Shown: piece by piece, positions 39,430 through 52,876 of the stretch
Layout of the letters: each line of letters begins with the position of its first letter
How positions within the stretch are numbered: the first letter of the stretch is position 1
DNA from: Adineta vaga
Taxonomy: Eukaryota > Animalia > Rotifera
Direction of reading: 5' to 3'
Length of the DNA: 64,000 nt
Assembly: GCA_021613535.1 (NCBI GenBank)
Contig: CP075493.1
Span: 12,958,001 to 13,022,000 of the forward strand
Notes under the pieces: model-generated
Database searches by the model: none
What the model was told of the DNA's origin: nothing
What the model saw: only the letters and a program-made list of their open reading frames with translations
Made by a program: the position numbers and the translations under genes

Positions 39430-39791
39430 GAATTTTAAGAAGTATCAATGTCGGTACAATAAAATATATATTTATAACTATACTTATATTTCATTCTTAC
39501 TCTAGTTTGAAAAATTTGCTAATCTTATTCGTATCATCATACATACTAAACGTGATATTCTATTATCGCAAATATTGATTTTGTAATCATGCGAAGAAGA
39601 AATAATGTCATTGAGAACCTATTCAAATATTTTTTGTCTGCAATACATGATATTTTCATTCACTCAGTTTATATTTAGAAAAAATCATAATTCTCTATTT
39701 AACTTGTTTTTCACCTATATCTATATAAAGAGTAACACATTCATATTTCTGTACAAAGCTTAATCGAAAATAAACTTCTCTTGTCTCTCAT

Positions 39792-42700
39792 TATGCTACT
39801 CTCATTTGTGCTATGCACGTGTCTGACTTCCATCGGTACTAGCTTTTCAATCAGCAATGAAACAATACTCTTCAATTTCACATTACCACAATTGAATAAT
39901 GTTGAACATGTAGTAGATTCAGCACCAACAACTCACAGTTTTGCCAGTGGTACTGTCAACACGAACATTCTGACACTATTTAAATACAATGGTAGTCAAA
40001 TATATGTGTATGGTTCTGTATCAAATGAAGATGATAAACCACAAAAATGGATCTTCTACTATGTACCAGTCATGGCACCTCTGCAAATTTTGTCAACAGA
40101 TACATGGGTTTGGTCAACAAAGAATGAAATACGTATTAAACTGTTGCTAGGCGATGATACGATTGAGGAAATGGCACGGAAAGCTATAGCTAAAAAGTAT
40201 GATATGCAAACTGCTGAATATGCAAAATATTGGGATGTTGCACCTCTCATGATTGACTCACTCACAGCTTACATCGTACAAGGAAGTAGCTCACCTATTG
40301 CTGGTGTTGAACCGTTTCGTGCTGTTCATCCAAATGCACTAGTTATGATCTTTCGATTCAAATGTTCAACCGAAGAAAATGCTCGACAGATTGCTGAAAT
40401 GATTCGAATTGGCGAATATGAAATCGAAGTTGCCTTCTACTTTGCTGGCTTTCGTCAGACATCAACTAGTTTCATATCGATTACGGGTGATCAATTAAAA
40501 GCAGCTGCAAGTAAAACAACAGCTGATGGTGAAAATACAAACGCACAATATATACATCGTGATCAAGCTTCAAAATTTATTGGAAAATATATAATGAATA
40601 TCAAAAAATTGATCTATTCAGAGAATCCGGCAATCAATGCGCAAGCATTGTCAGATGGTCTTGAAGCACAATTTCTGTCTTTGCTACAGCAAGGTAAGTT
40701 TGATTGTTAGAGAAGAATATTTATAAGCTGACCGTACTATATCTGTATCAACATGATTTTCAGCCATGCAAGATTCGACCATGGAAAAGTTAAGAGCAGA
40801 TGCACTTCAACAAGTTTGGTCACCATCAGATCTGGATCCAGATGTTTTAGAGACTGATATAAATAAAATGTTTTCGTATAATCAATCAGAAACAGAGCGG
40901 CATAACGACAGCAAAATGTACTTTAATGGTAATGTGGAAACAATGAAACAATCGGCAGCTAAGGGAAGTGGTAGCCTTTCAGCCAGCATCGGTATAAGTT
41001 TCTTGAAAATATTTTCTTTGGGTCTAAGTGGCAGTGGTGAATCGGCACCAGGACAATTCGTCGCCGGACAATTCGTCGCCGGACAATTCGTCGCGGACAA
41101 TTCGTCGTACAGACAATTCGTCGCAAGACAATTCGTCGCACGGACTATTCGTCGCATGGACAATTCGTCGTCAGACAATTCGTCGCAAATTCTTTCTCAT
41201 TAATTACTGTAGCACAACATACGTTATTGAATTAGTGAGTGAATAAGTCCATTTCTATTGAGCTTGTTTGAAACAGCAAGTCAAATCTAATATTCTGATG
41301 GCTTGTCAAATAAGAGAAAACCGACTTGTGGGTAAACTGTCAAGAAGTACAATAAAGATTTCAATCCTACAAAAAAGAATCTATCGAAAACCTTTCCAAA
41401 TGGAAAAATCTTTCTAACGTATTATCAGAGAATATGTATATTTGATGTCAAAACTGAAATTTTCTTCATATTTCAAATCAAATAACGCTGGATACAATGA
41501 TCCAATCTACAAAAATATTCTACAAATAACGTGATTAGTTTTCTCAGACTTCTTAATCGAATACGTCTATTATTCTGTTATAAAATTCTTAGTTTTGTTG
41601 GTAAATATCCAGACTTTTTTTTAAAAAATTCGGATTAGTTTAAATCAATGGTCGTAGTATTGAATGAATATCATCACATATAAAATTGTAAGAGATTACG
41701 ACCTCAATCAGTACTACTAGTTCTTAGTATAATTACAAAATGATCTAGAATTTTTATTGTTTAACTAGTTTTAGAAAATTCATACAAAAATCCTCTTGAA
41801 CAGAAAAACCTCGCAAACAATTTTCTCAAGTCATTGATGTTTTCTTTAATTAACTGTTGTTACATTTGTTCCACTAGAATGTTTCAATTTTCGTAAAATA
41901 ATTACTTGTGGTTCACATATTTTATCACTTTTATCAAATATTTCTCTCTCTCCTTCTCTACCTGTATATTATGTTAATCTTGTTCCAACTAATTAATTAT
42001 GCGACGAATTGTCCGTGCGACGAATTATTCTTGCGACGAATTGTCTGACGACGAATTGTCCATGCGACGAATTGTCCGTGCGACGAATAGTCCGCGACGA
42101 ATTGTCCGCGACGAATTGTCCGGCGACGAATTGTCCAGTCACCGGTGAATCATCATCTACGATCACATCGAAAAATCATACAATTACAGATCAAGTTATG
42201 TCCGAAACTGACATACAAAAACATTTATCTCAACATGCCATGGAAACAGAATGGAAAGGAAAGAAATTGAGACCAAAGGAATTTAAAGTTCACAAACTAA
42301 GTGATATCACAGATCATTTACAAATAGCTATTATTTCAAAACAATTAACTGTAGATCAAGAACAGAATGCCATTGTTCGAATAATTAGTACAATGAATAC
42401 ACCATATTCTATCATTGCTAATCATACGCCTTCAAATTTAATTCTCACGGGTGAAATTAGACTTTATGCTGGTACAGATAAACCTCCTTATCCGTGGCTT
42501 TCATGTGATGGTGCAAATGTATCACGTGTAGAATATCAACGTTTGTTTGCCGTGATTGGCACACAATATGGATCTGGTGATTATGTAACAACATTTAATT
42601 TACCAGATTTTCGTGGACGTATTCCACTTGGCGTTGACCAATATGGATTACGCGTAAAACGAGTGACTGAAACTGGATTAAGTGGCGGAGCAGCCGTGCA

Positions 42701-43052
42701 TAATTTGGCCGTTGATCAACTACCAGCTCATCAACACAGTCATGGTTCATTATTCATTGAAACAGCTGGTAGTCATACACATTCGATTTATGACCCAGGC
42801 CATAATCATGGTGGCTCAACAGGTAGTGCAATTATGGGAAGTGGTCGTTGGGGTATGCAAGGGAAAGGTTATGGAAGCGACCAGGGATCTCATACTCATG
42901 CGATCTACACTGGACAAACATACATTACAATCAATACTGCAGGTGATCATAATCATTCAATTAATGGCAGTACTGGATCAATTGGTGCCGGACAGGAATT
43001 CAGTTTATTGCAACCATATCAATCTGTCAATTACATTATATATGCTGATTGA
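39792..43052 (+). pseudogene. Secreted protein with a C-terminal phage tail collar/fibre-like domain, interrupted by a transposon
   Basis: Signal-like N-terminus and intron 40694-40763. Collar motif GEIRLYAG..WLSCDG..VSR.EY..LFAVIGT.YG..TFNLPDFRGRIPLG, HxH repeats and terminal QPYQSVNYII. Excising the insertion restores GLSGSGESSSTITSK in frame. Confidence 0.85.
41043..42144. mobile_element. Non-autonomous foldback-type DNA transposon, about 1.1 kb, with repetitive TIRs
   Basis: Nine copies of the core GGACAATTCGTCGC at 41051-41186 and nine inverted copies at 42001-42136. Direct repeat GGTGAATC at 41036-41043 and 42144-42151. AT-rich non-coding interior. Confidence 0.93.
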
Positions 43053-43429
43053 AACGACTAAAATTTTTCGATTTCTTTAGTTTTTTTCATTTTCGTTTTC
43101 ATTAAACACGCACAATAAAGTATGAATGACTTCATAAAGTCATATCTGATGAATTACCACGTATTATAAATGACATTTCGTTGAAATTCGTTACCATATC
43201 TAGTGTAACTTGTGTCTGTTTAATGCTCGTTGTTCTATTGTTCTTTCTAACTGTTGAAGTTGATCTTTCATTTGTTAAATGTTTGTTCTTATTATTCTGT
43301 GATGGGGACTGATGTGGGAAAGAGAGATAACCTTTTTCTATACACAACAAAATCAGGTAAGATAAAAACTCGATTCTTCAATGAATAATAAGGTCAGTTT
43401 TAATAGAAAAATAAAACAGAACAGTTCTG

Positions 43430-44824
43430 ATGGATAATCTTCGTTTACGTGCTATTATTTTAAATCTTCAAGATCGTCTTAGTGATGATGATCGACGACG
43501 TCTCCATTTCTACCTTGGAAATGATGTTCCACGACGAATTCGTGATGATCCAACACTTGATGGAACTTTGAGTCTTATGGAAACTCTTTTCGATCAAGAT
43601 AAAATTAAAGATAATGATTTTACTTATCTTATCAATGCATTCGAAGAAATTCAATGTTTTGATGCTGCAAGATTACTCAAAGGTAAATATATCTATGGTT
43701 TATGTAATATTTTTCTTATTTGACTGTTATTTGTAGAGTATCGAAATCGAAATCGTGCAAGTGGATTAAATGAATCAGTGCAAAGTTTATCAGCAATTAT
43801 GCCAACTTTAACGAATTTAGTTATTCAAGATCAAGAAAAAGATAACCATGAAGAACAAGAGGATAAACTTATTTTTGACACATGTAAGTAATCAGTAAAA
43901 TAATGTGATATTTTTATTTTACTTCAATATTCATATAGCTCCAAATCATCAAGAAAATAATGAGAATAATCTAACGAGTATTAATCATGATACGAATATC
44001 GATCCGACTGAAGTTACTCCGATGAGCGATAATAGAAACGAACGTGTCGTGAAATCAAACAAAACGAAATTGTCAAAGAAATACATATTATTATGTATTT
44101 TGATATTTTTTCTTACAATTACAGGCGTGATACTTTTTTCTTACTGGTATGCAGTGGAGTTTCGTAAATTAAAGAAAAATAGCGATGAAATTAAGAAAAT
44201 GATCAGCGAAACGAAAATAAGTGGAAATAAAACTGCTGAAACAGCAAAGCAATTGGAAAATCAATTGGAAAAGTTCGAAAACGAAAGTATGTTAAACCTT
44301 CTGTATCATTCATATACACACGTAAAATAATTATTTTGTTTCCTATTTATTCTATTATAGTACATTTTATAACAGGAAATCTTTCAGAAGCTGCTAAAAA
44401 TTTCAACAAAACGCTTGCTTATCTACAGAAATCTCGCCCTTCCGAATATCAAAATTTAGCTAGAACTTACAATAATCTTGGCAAAGCTTATTTCCAAATG
44501 GAAAACTATTCTCATGCACTTACAAATTACGAGAAAGCACTTGAAAATGAAAACAAATCTCTTCCTCATAACGATACAGATATACTTATTAATTACAACA
44601 ACATCGCTCTCGTACATTTTAAAATGAAAAACTATATAAAATCTCTTGAAAACTACAATAAGACATTGGAAATTCAACAAAAAACTCTCAATGCAACACA
44701 TCCAGATCTTGCCATTACTTACGACAGCATCGGATCAGTATATTTAGCAATGGAAGAGAATGCAAAAGCTCTGGAGTACTATACAAAGTCACTGAACATT
44801 CAACTTCACCCTAAAACTAACTGA
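43430..44824 (+). CDS. Death effector domain + transmembrane helix + TPR repeats, 4 exons
   Basis: DED-like LQDRLSDDDRRRLHFYL..LSLMETLFDQDKI..DFTYLINAF, TM YILLCILIFFLTITGVILFSYW and three TPRs. Introns 43683-43737, 43884-43938 and 44287-44375. Confidence 0.8.
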
Positions 44825-46339
44825 GTTATCAGTTATCGAAGAGACTTGCTGTACTTTCAACTGATTTTTGTCACATTATTATTGGAAATTGCACATTAGA
44901 TTTTCATTTTAATTCTATGTTTGTTTATTTTCTCTGAAAAGAAATAGATTAATAAAGTAAACGTATTCCTTGTTCGTTGAATAGAATAACATGATTTGGT
45001 CTACACAACCCATAAGAAATTATTATTTTGGCTAATATTATGAATACTAAAACACATGTAAGTTATTAGTATGGTATATACGTTCGAATTTTATTGATTG
45101 AAAAAACAAGTCCATGCGTATTTCTATATCTAATAATTTATAAACTTGTGAATATGATCAAAAATAATCATCTGAGTTAATTGTGATTAAGGTATTCATT
45201 GTGTTCATATTTCTTTAAATCTACTAAATGTGTAAGTATAACTGATGTTTATCTACATTTGATATTGATCTGATTTATTTTCTCTGTAGTTTCAACTTTC
45301 AAAATTCTAATTTTTGTAATTTAAATTACACGATATTATTATAAAAAATTTAAAACCAGTTTCAATAATATCGTTTCTTGACATTTGACAAAAATTTCCT
45401 ATTTTAATTTCAAAATGACATGTTGACATATTGTAAAAACAAGTAGACAAATAATCAATGGTGAAACTGTTTATATTGTTCTCCTAAATGGAGGAAAAGT
45501 TCATGGATTTGCAACGAATGAAGAACTCTTTTATTACTGTTGTTATAGCAGAATATACTTCTTCTGCTATAAGTGTATTCTCTTATCTCTGTCACGTCTC
45601 GGCATGTTATGTTCTGTTCTATTTCACAGATTGTGAGTATTTAGACGAGTGAAAGGGAAAACGAAAAGGATTGATGAATAAAAACGTAAGAACTGTATTT
45701 GGCGAAGGTACAAAATCCTTTAATATTTTATAAAGCACTTAAAAAACAGGAAAAAAAAGATTTATTATATATTGTAAATCCCTAGAGCTTCAATATTTAC
45801 AGTGTAGTTTTTTTTCTTTTTTGCATGTTGTAGGATGATGGTAAACTTAGCTTTAATCAGTAAAAAATCGCTCTCATATCATACTGTGATTTTTTTGTAT
45901 AGTAAGTTGTAGCAATGCATCATTATTAAGAGAATAACGTTAGAAAATCTAGTCATATGTTAGAGATAAATTGATCTAGATAGTTATGTTTCTCCAGATA
46001 ATATGCAGATCACGGTTTCTAATAGGGATTTCGCGAAATGAAATACAATCAATGATGGAGTTCCTACAATACCGCGGTCTTCAAGCAAGTAACTGTGCGT
46101 CTAACGTCCGTATCTACTTAAATATTTTTCCGTGAGGATTTGATAAAAGTGAAAACATCAAAAGATGACAATATTTTACATTCTCTCTATCTTTTATTTG
46201 ATATCAGTTTCGTCCTCCACATTTTAAGTCGTTATCATTATCAGTACTGGTTTTCTCCAGCTATTCGAAATAAAGCAAGCTGTTTGCATCATCTCATATT
46301 GGACATTTAACATATACGATCAAATCTATTTAGTAAAAC

Positions 46340-48703
46340 ATGAGTTATTTGGATAATAATATAACATTAATATGGTTAAATACGACAAGAAATGAGGATA
46401 ATGATGTTTATCGCAACACACGTGATCAGTTACAAAAAATTAGTCAACATCAAAAAACCTTCGTTGATTCAAATGAATGTATAAGTTATATGAAAACGGT
46501 TGGCGAAACAAAAATACTTTTAATTATTGCTGAAACTTTCGTGGATAATGTTTTACAATAAATAGATGCATTGGAAACAGTTTTGTGTATTTTTATTGTC
46601 TGTAATCGTGAACATTATGATGAATATATGCAACGGAAATATCCCACCAATGTCGTAACTATTCCGACTCAAGAAGATTCTTTAGTTCAATTAGTTCAAT
46701 GTCGTACACGTCTTGAAATTGAAGAAGCAACATTTTCAATTTTCGATGAGGATGAAAAATCAGCAAGGGATTTCAAAGCAGAATTTCCTTCGTTCTTATG
46801 GAGTCGACTATTCATCGATGTATTAAGACCGTTCCCCAATGACAGAGAACAATCTATGAAAGAAATGTTGGATGTCTGTAGAGAACGATACAGAAATAGT
46901 CGGGTCGATTTAGAAGAGATTGAAAAGTTTTGTACAACGTATGAAAAGGATAAAAATGCTATCAATTGGTATACGAAAAATAATTTTATTCACCGTATTT
47001 TAAATGCCGCTTTAAGAACAGGGAACATCGATTATCTATATTATTTTCGTTTCTTCATCAGTGATCTGTGCGAACAGTTGAGACAAAAACGACTGAAAAA
47101 TCCTGATAACTTAACATTATATCGTGGACAGCGGATCACTAAATCGGAAATCGATCGATTCAAACAAAATATTGGTTCATTAATAGCTATAAATGGTTTT
47201 TTATCGACGTCTCGCAAACGTGCTATCGCAACCTTCTTTCTACGTCAAAGATTATCTGAACTAAGTCCTATACAATCGGTTCTTTTTGAAATCACCACTG
47301 ATGCATCATTTAAATCTGTTATATATGCTGATATTCAACATCTGAGTGAAATTACTGATGAATGTGAAGTTTTATTTACTTTATTATCAGTTTTTCAAAT
47401 ACAAGAGGTTTATTTCGATGACAAAGTTCTCAAAGTTTGGATTATTAAAATGAGTTCAAGGAACGAAAAATCGACAATAGTACAAAAGTACATTGATGCA
47501 GTGAAAAACGAATACAAAGAGTTGAGTACGGATGTTATATATCCACATCTTCTTATTACTATGGATGAACTAGCAAAGGCTGAATCATATATAAATCGAA
47601 TGTTATCAACGACAGCAGAAAATACTTTGGAAAATGCTGCATTGCTAGTTGAAATGGGTTATATTCATATACGTAGACATGAATATAGAAAAGCACAAGA
47701 AGTATTCAATCGTGTATATGCTACTCGAAAAGAATTGCTACGTGAAAACGATACACGCATTGCTCGATCTTTGAACGATTTAGCCACAGTCTTCTCTTTC
47801 GTTTCTAACATAAAGGAAGCAATTGAATGCAATGAAAAAGCTCTTTCGATTGATAAAGAAGCATTCAGAACTGACCATGTATCGGTTTCAAAAGACTTGA
47901 TTTATTTGGGACAGAATTACGAAGCGATCGATAAATTAGATAAAGCATTGGCTTATTTCGATAAAGCCCATCAAATGCAAAAACGTCTGTTCGGTTTACA
48001 TACAGAACATCCGAATATTGCTACTACCCTGTTGAATATTGGTTTAATCCATACAAAAAAATCTGATTATCAACATGCTCGTACTTGCTTTATGGAAGCA
48101 CTACGAATCTATGAAAATACACTACCTTGTGGCCATGATCAAACAATAAAAGTATTTTTAGCAATCGTAGACAGTTATATTGGTAAAAAAGATTTTCGAA
48201 GTGCATCCGAATTCTGTGAAACAAAACTAAAACAATATCAGTTAAATTTAGGATTAAATCATCCATGTATGGGGAAAATTCGCAAACTAATGGGTTATAT
48301 TGCATTTAAGAATGATAACTATGAAGATGCGTTCATTCTGTTCGAAGAAGCATTGCAATTATTGAATGAATACAAGGTATATGAGAATGAGTCGATTCTG
48401 GACTGTTTAAAATATCTTGCCGAAACAGAAAAATACAGAAATAATTACGATAGGGCTTTGATTTATTTAGGTAAAGCATACAAAATTCAATTAAATATAT
48501 ACTTACCTAATCAACCTCAAATTGCTCATACATTGCGACAGGTTGGCCTAATTCATATGCATTTTAAAATATATGATAGAGCAGCAAAGTATTTAAACAA
48601 TGCTTTAGAAATGTTCGGAATCAATTTCAAGAACGATCATGACGACGTCAAGATTACTCTGGAACATCTTAGAAGAGTGAATCAGATACTACGCAGATAC
48701 TAA
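46340..48703 (+). pseudogene. Mono-ADP-ribosyltransferase (R-S-E type) + TPR protein with one in-frame stop
   Basis: WYT, LYRGQ, GFLSTS and ECEVLF motifs followed by multiple TPRs. ORFs 46340 and 46571 are in the same frame, separated only by TAA at 46559-46561. Confidence 0.82.
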
Positions 48704-49560
48704 CGCTATTATTTTCAAGTTCATCAGTCCCCTTTCTATTCTTTATTTCTTTGCTTGTTCTCTTATACTATAGTATAAACTAAATATCATTCTCGTCATT
48801 TCAAGCATTTCAAAAAAGCAAATAAATCAGAAAGAAAACTTCAATTTTTATCAGAGTTTGATGAAAATTTAACGACACCGCATTACTTGCCCATGTTGTC
48901 ACTAGATTTTCACTGTTATTCATGATTATATGACTAGTAGTCATGGAATGTCATATCAAATGATGTCGTTTGTTTTAGCGATATAGTTTTATATGATCTA
49001 GTCATCGATGCTATTAGTGATATTTTTGTTGTATAGCTCGTAATTAAATGAACAGTACTAGTACATACTCGACTTTTGCATCTTATAAGCTTTGAATCAG
49101 ATGATTTTTTGATACATCGAGTTAGTTCCATTGATTGATGTGTTTGAGAACGAATAACGCTCACAAACATCTGTTTTTACACAAGAAAATAGGAGCACAT
49201 TCGTAATCATCGGTAAATGAGAATTGAAAGAGACTATTGAAATAAGTTGTGGACATTCAATAGCAACAGTACTGTCGTCTAATATATATTTTGGGATAAA
49301 TGACACTTTTAAGCGATGTGAAAATAAACGTTTGTACGAGGAATACATACGAGTTGTTCAGTGATTCGAATGAAAAGAAAACAGAGGAGCAAATTCATTT
49401 GAACTAAATTTACTGCTTTTGTAATACGCATAATATTTTATTAAAAACATGCACATTTAAATGAAAGAGAAATAGGTAGATTTTTAATATATTACTTCAA
49501 TATTTATAAATAACAAAGGACGTTTATTAGCTGATACTCATCGTACGTTATTGAAATAAT

Positions 49561-49960
49561 CTAACTGTAAATTTCATTATCTATATCATGCACATCTTCG
49601 AGATCGATTGATGGCTGAATCGCTTGTGGGATTACAACTGGGTTTGGCCATCGAAGGTCTGAATATGAGTACAAAACAATGCTGCAGCTTATAATGGTGC
49701 TCACATAAAAAAATACAACGATGCAGGAGAGTGACACTGACAAGAGAAATGACAACGATAGGGAACCAATTTTTTTGCAGATGTAACAAAATAAACCACA
49801 GTATTGGTCGGAAAATAACATGAGAATTGAACAACGAAGTTGACTATAATCATACGGCGATTCACAGGAATATAAAAGGATGAATACAAAATAGAATAAG
49901 CCTATGTGCACTCGGCAATACATTTAAATGAAAAAGAAGCCAATGGCGTTCACTACAAAC
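49561..49960 (-). other. Possible small membrane protein exon or remnant
   Basis: 120-aa ORF with two or three hydrophobic, Cys-rich segments. No recognisable family. Confidence 0.25.
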
Positions 49961-50310
49961 AGAAGTCATAAGAATAAGATGATTTATATCAAGATTATAG
50001 TGAGTCCAAGTCCAGAAATCACCGAAGATTTTACTTTCAAATCGAACGTATGATTTAAAAAAAGACCATACTTAACTTGATGTATTAATATTGACGTCGA
50101 TACCGAATCAATCGAATTCGAAACGTTTAACTCAGTTCATGTATTTAGTATAATGAGATTATTTTTGGATTATCATATTTCATAACAGTCGTGCTAATTC
50201 CCGTTTTAACTTACGTTGAAAGCGTTTCAGCAGAATATATTTCCCAACTAAATGAAGCTGTATCCTATTTTGAAGATAAATGTGACGCATAAAATATTTT
50301 TAATAAAAAT

Positions 50311-51610
50311 TCAATGTGCACATCTCAATCTACGTGGTATGAACAATCGAGAAAAAGTCATTCGTAATTCTTTCGAAGTCGACACATAGACAAGAACATC
50401 TAGAGCTGAATTTGTATAACCTAACCATGAAAATATTTTAAATAAAAGTTCATGATTTTGTTCGTCTTTTAAACGAATAAGAAAGACACCACTTAGACTG
50501 AAATAGACAAAATATGGTAACCAACAAAAAACGAATACACCCATAATAATACCAATAAATTTTGCTGCTTTTTGATTTTTCGAAAACTTCCTCCAAAATG
50601 TATTAGTTTCAGTTTGTCGTCTTTTAATTCGATGCAATGATTTCTTTCGACTGCTATTAAGTATTTCAATATCTGGATTTTGATATTTACCATGATGAAT
50701 ACGAAGTATGATTAATTCAGGTGATAATCGACGTTGTTCTAATAGATCACTTGATGTTTCTTGTATAATAGTTTCATTCGTACTTATTGTTAATCGATTT
50801 TTATTTTTTAGACGAAATTTTGGAATGAATGATTTTGCTGATTTTCTTCGAGAATGATGTTTATAACCAGAACAGAGTGCTAAAGCTTGTTCTCGAGCTG
50901 CGGCATAGACTTGAATATAAACATAGATCATTACAAATAATGGAAGATAAAATGAAACAATCGAGATAAATAATATATAATACGGATTATTTGGAAAATC
51001 ACATTCTTTAAATATACCAGTTGAAGTTTCGTTTAACATCATTGATTGTCCTAAAATCAAATATCAATGAAATAGAATGTTTCTAGTCTTTTTACATACG
51101 AGAAATCGCTTGTCTTGTTCCAAAATAAAGTACTGGTGGAAATGAAACAGTCGCTGAACATATCCAGATCATTGGCAATACACAATACCATTTCTTTGCT
51201 AGAAATGAATTGGGATATTCCATTGGTTTTGTAATTGCTATATAACGATCTAAACCAATCGTACATAAACCAAAAATCGATGCTGTAGATGCAAATATAT
51301 CCATTGAATGCCAATAATCACATAAGAATGTAAGATGTCTTCGAAATAGAAAATATTCATCATCCGTCATTTCAAATATGAATGCAAATGGCATAACAAT
51401 CAATCCAACTAAAAGATCAGCAAAAGCTAATGAACCAATGTAATAATAAGTTGATGTATGTAATGTAGATTTACGAATTATAGCATAGATAATCAAGATA
51501 TTTCCTAATACAGTCAATAGACATAATAATAAAGAGAAAACAGCAATTGGATATGCTTGCCATTGTATATCAGTAATTGTAATATTCGTTGTTAATGAAA
51601 ATAATTCCAT
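50311..51610 (-). CDS. Class A biogenic amine GPCR, invertebrate dopamine Dop1R2 / alpha-like octopamine receptor type
   Basis: SLAFADLLVGLIVMPF, WHSMD (TM3 Asp), LDRY, SFYLP, LRIHHG, KAAK, CWLPYF and WLGYTNS. Intron 51099-51051. Confidence 0.88.
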
Positions 51611-52000
51611 TACTAGATATCTTTAGAAGAAATTGTGTGTTATATTTCTAAAAGAGTATGTTCTATGGATTATAAAAAGAAAATTAAAATAAACACTTGC
51701 CTTACCCTTTAATCTTAACACCTTTTCTTTTCGCTATCTTGTTTCGTGATAATTAAAATATGAGATCTATTGATGTCTTGTGAGGAAAAAGTCAATTTAA
51801 AAGACATAAAAGAATACCGTGTTATTTACTCGACAAATCAATGTCTTCTGTTGATTGTGTTGAAAGAAGGGAAGGAAAGAAAGAAGAAAAAATATTTCCA
51901 TGTTATTGTTTCTTGTTACAATAATAAACTGATATTGTAAGTAATAGTATTTATTCGTACGGAGCGAACAACAGTTGGCGACAGACATATTGATAGATAC

Positions 52001-52031
52001 TTTCTTCTTCTTCTTCTTCTCCTTCTTCTTT
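52001..52031. repeat. (TTC)n/pyrimidine microsatellite
   Basis: TTCTTCTTC run followed by poly-T. Confidence 0.7.
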
Positions 52032-52876
52032 TTTTTTCTTTCTGTTATAACACATATTTTTGCTTCATTAACTGTAAATAGTATCAACAACAAAAACAGA
52101 AGTAAAAAATGTAAGATGACTGTTAATTATATAGATAGATCATCATATATTAGAGGTTGTGCGGGAGATAATTGGCACTGTGCATGCACTCATCTATTCA
52201 CGTCTATATTATGAATAGATGTTAGAAGATATTATTTAGTTTTTTAACAAATGCGTCATTTTAGATTAAAAAAAGGTGTTATATTACCTTGAATAAAATA
52301 CAGATAATGCAAATTGCGTATCATTTGATTTTATATGTAATAATTTCTATAAGCCAGAAAATTTGACACGCATGATGATCACATCAACAAAAATTCGTTT
52401 ACAGCAACCTAATCATTATAATCAATTTGCGAACAATTTATTCTACTAATCATCGATACTATAAGTAGATTGTAGACATTTGCAAGATATTTCAAAAGTT
52501 TGTGGACTATTTGCAGATAAAAATCAGCTTATCGAAAAGTTTAATACCAATAGGTATAGTCAATAAAAGCTCCATGGATGCTCTGGATAAATAATATATA
52601 TAATCTTCATATGGAATCAATTGTTTCTCGACGCTTTAATTCAAATATCACAAACAGATCATGCTAAAATGATTCAATTACTTAAAAATAAATGTAACTA
52701 CACGTATATCCAGTATTGTTTTATTAGGTTCATCGTTTTTGCTGATCGAAAACATGCGTTTTATTCATCGAAAATTTTAAAAGTCATTCAGTTTAATAAA
52801 GATAATTGAAATAAAATTATGAGAAAGAAATACAATGAAGATGAATGTTTATGGGGTAGATGATATTTAATATAGT

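Noticed and set aside
41051-42136. Short regular repeats resembling a CRISPR array
   Set aside because: Units are 14-16 bp, abut without unique spacers, form inverted blocks and are bounded by a target-site duplication. No cas genes are present.
40882-42140. ORFs with GQFVA / ATNCP / RRIVR / DNSS repeats
   Set aside because: They are translations of the transposon terminal repeats in different frames.
42450-43052. Prophage
   Set aside because: Only an isolated collar/fibre domain fused within a spliced gene is present. No other phage genes are seen.
48850-49420. Possible F-box/LRR remnant (a similar one at about 22700-23040)
   Set aside because: Only faint resemblance with broken frames, not supportable.
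51797-52214. ORFs with poly-Lys or poly-Phe
   Set aside because: Artefacts of the TTC/poly-T tract upstream of the GPCR gene.
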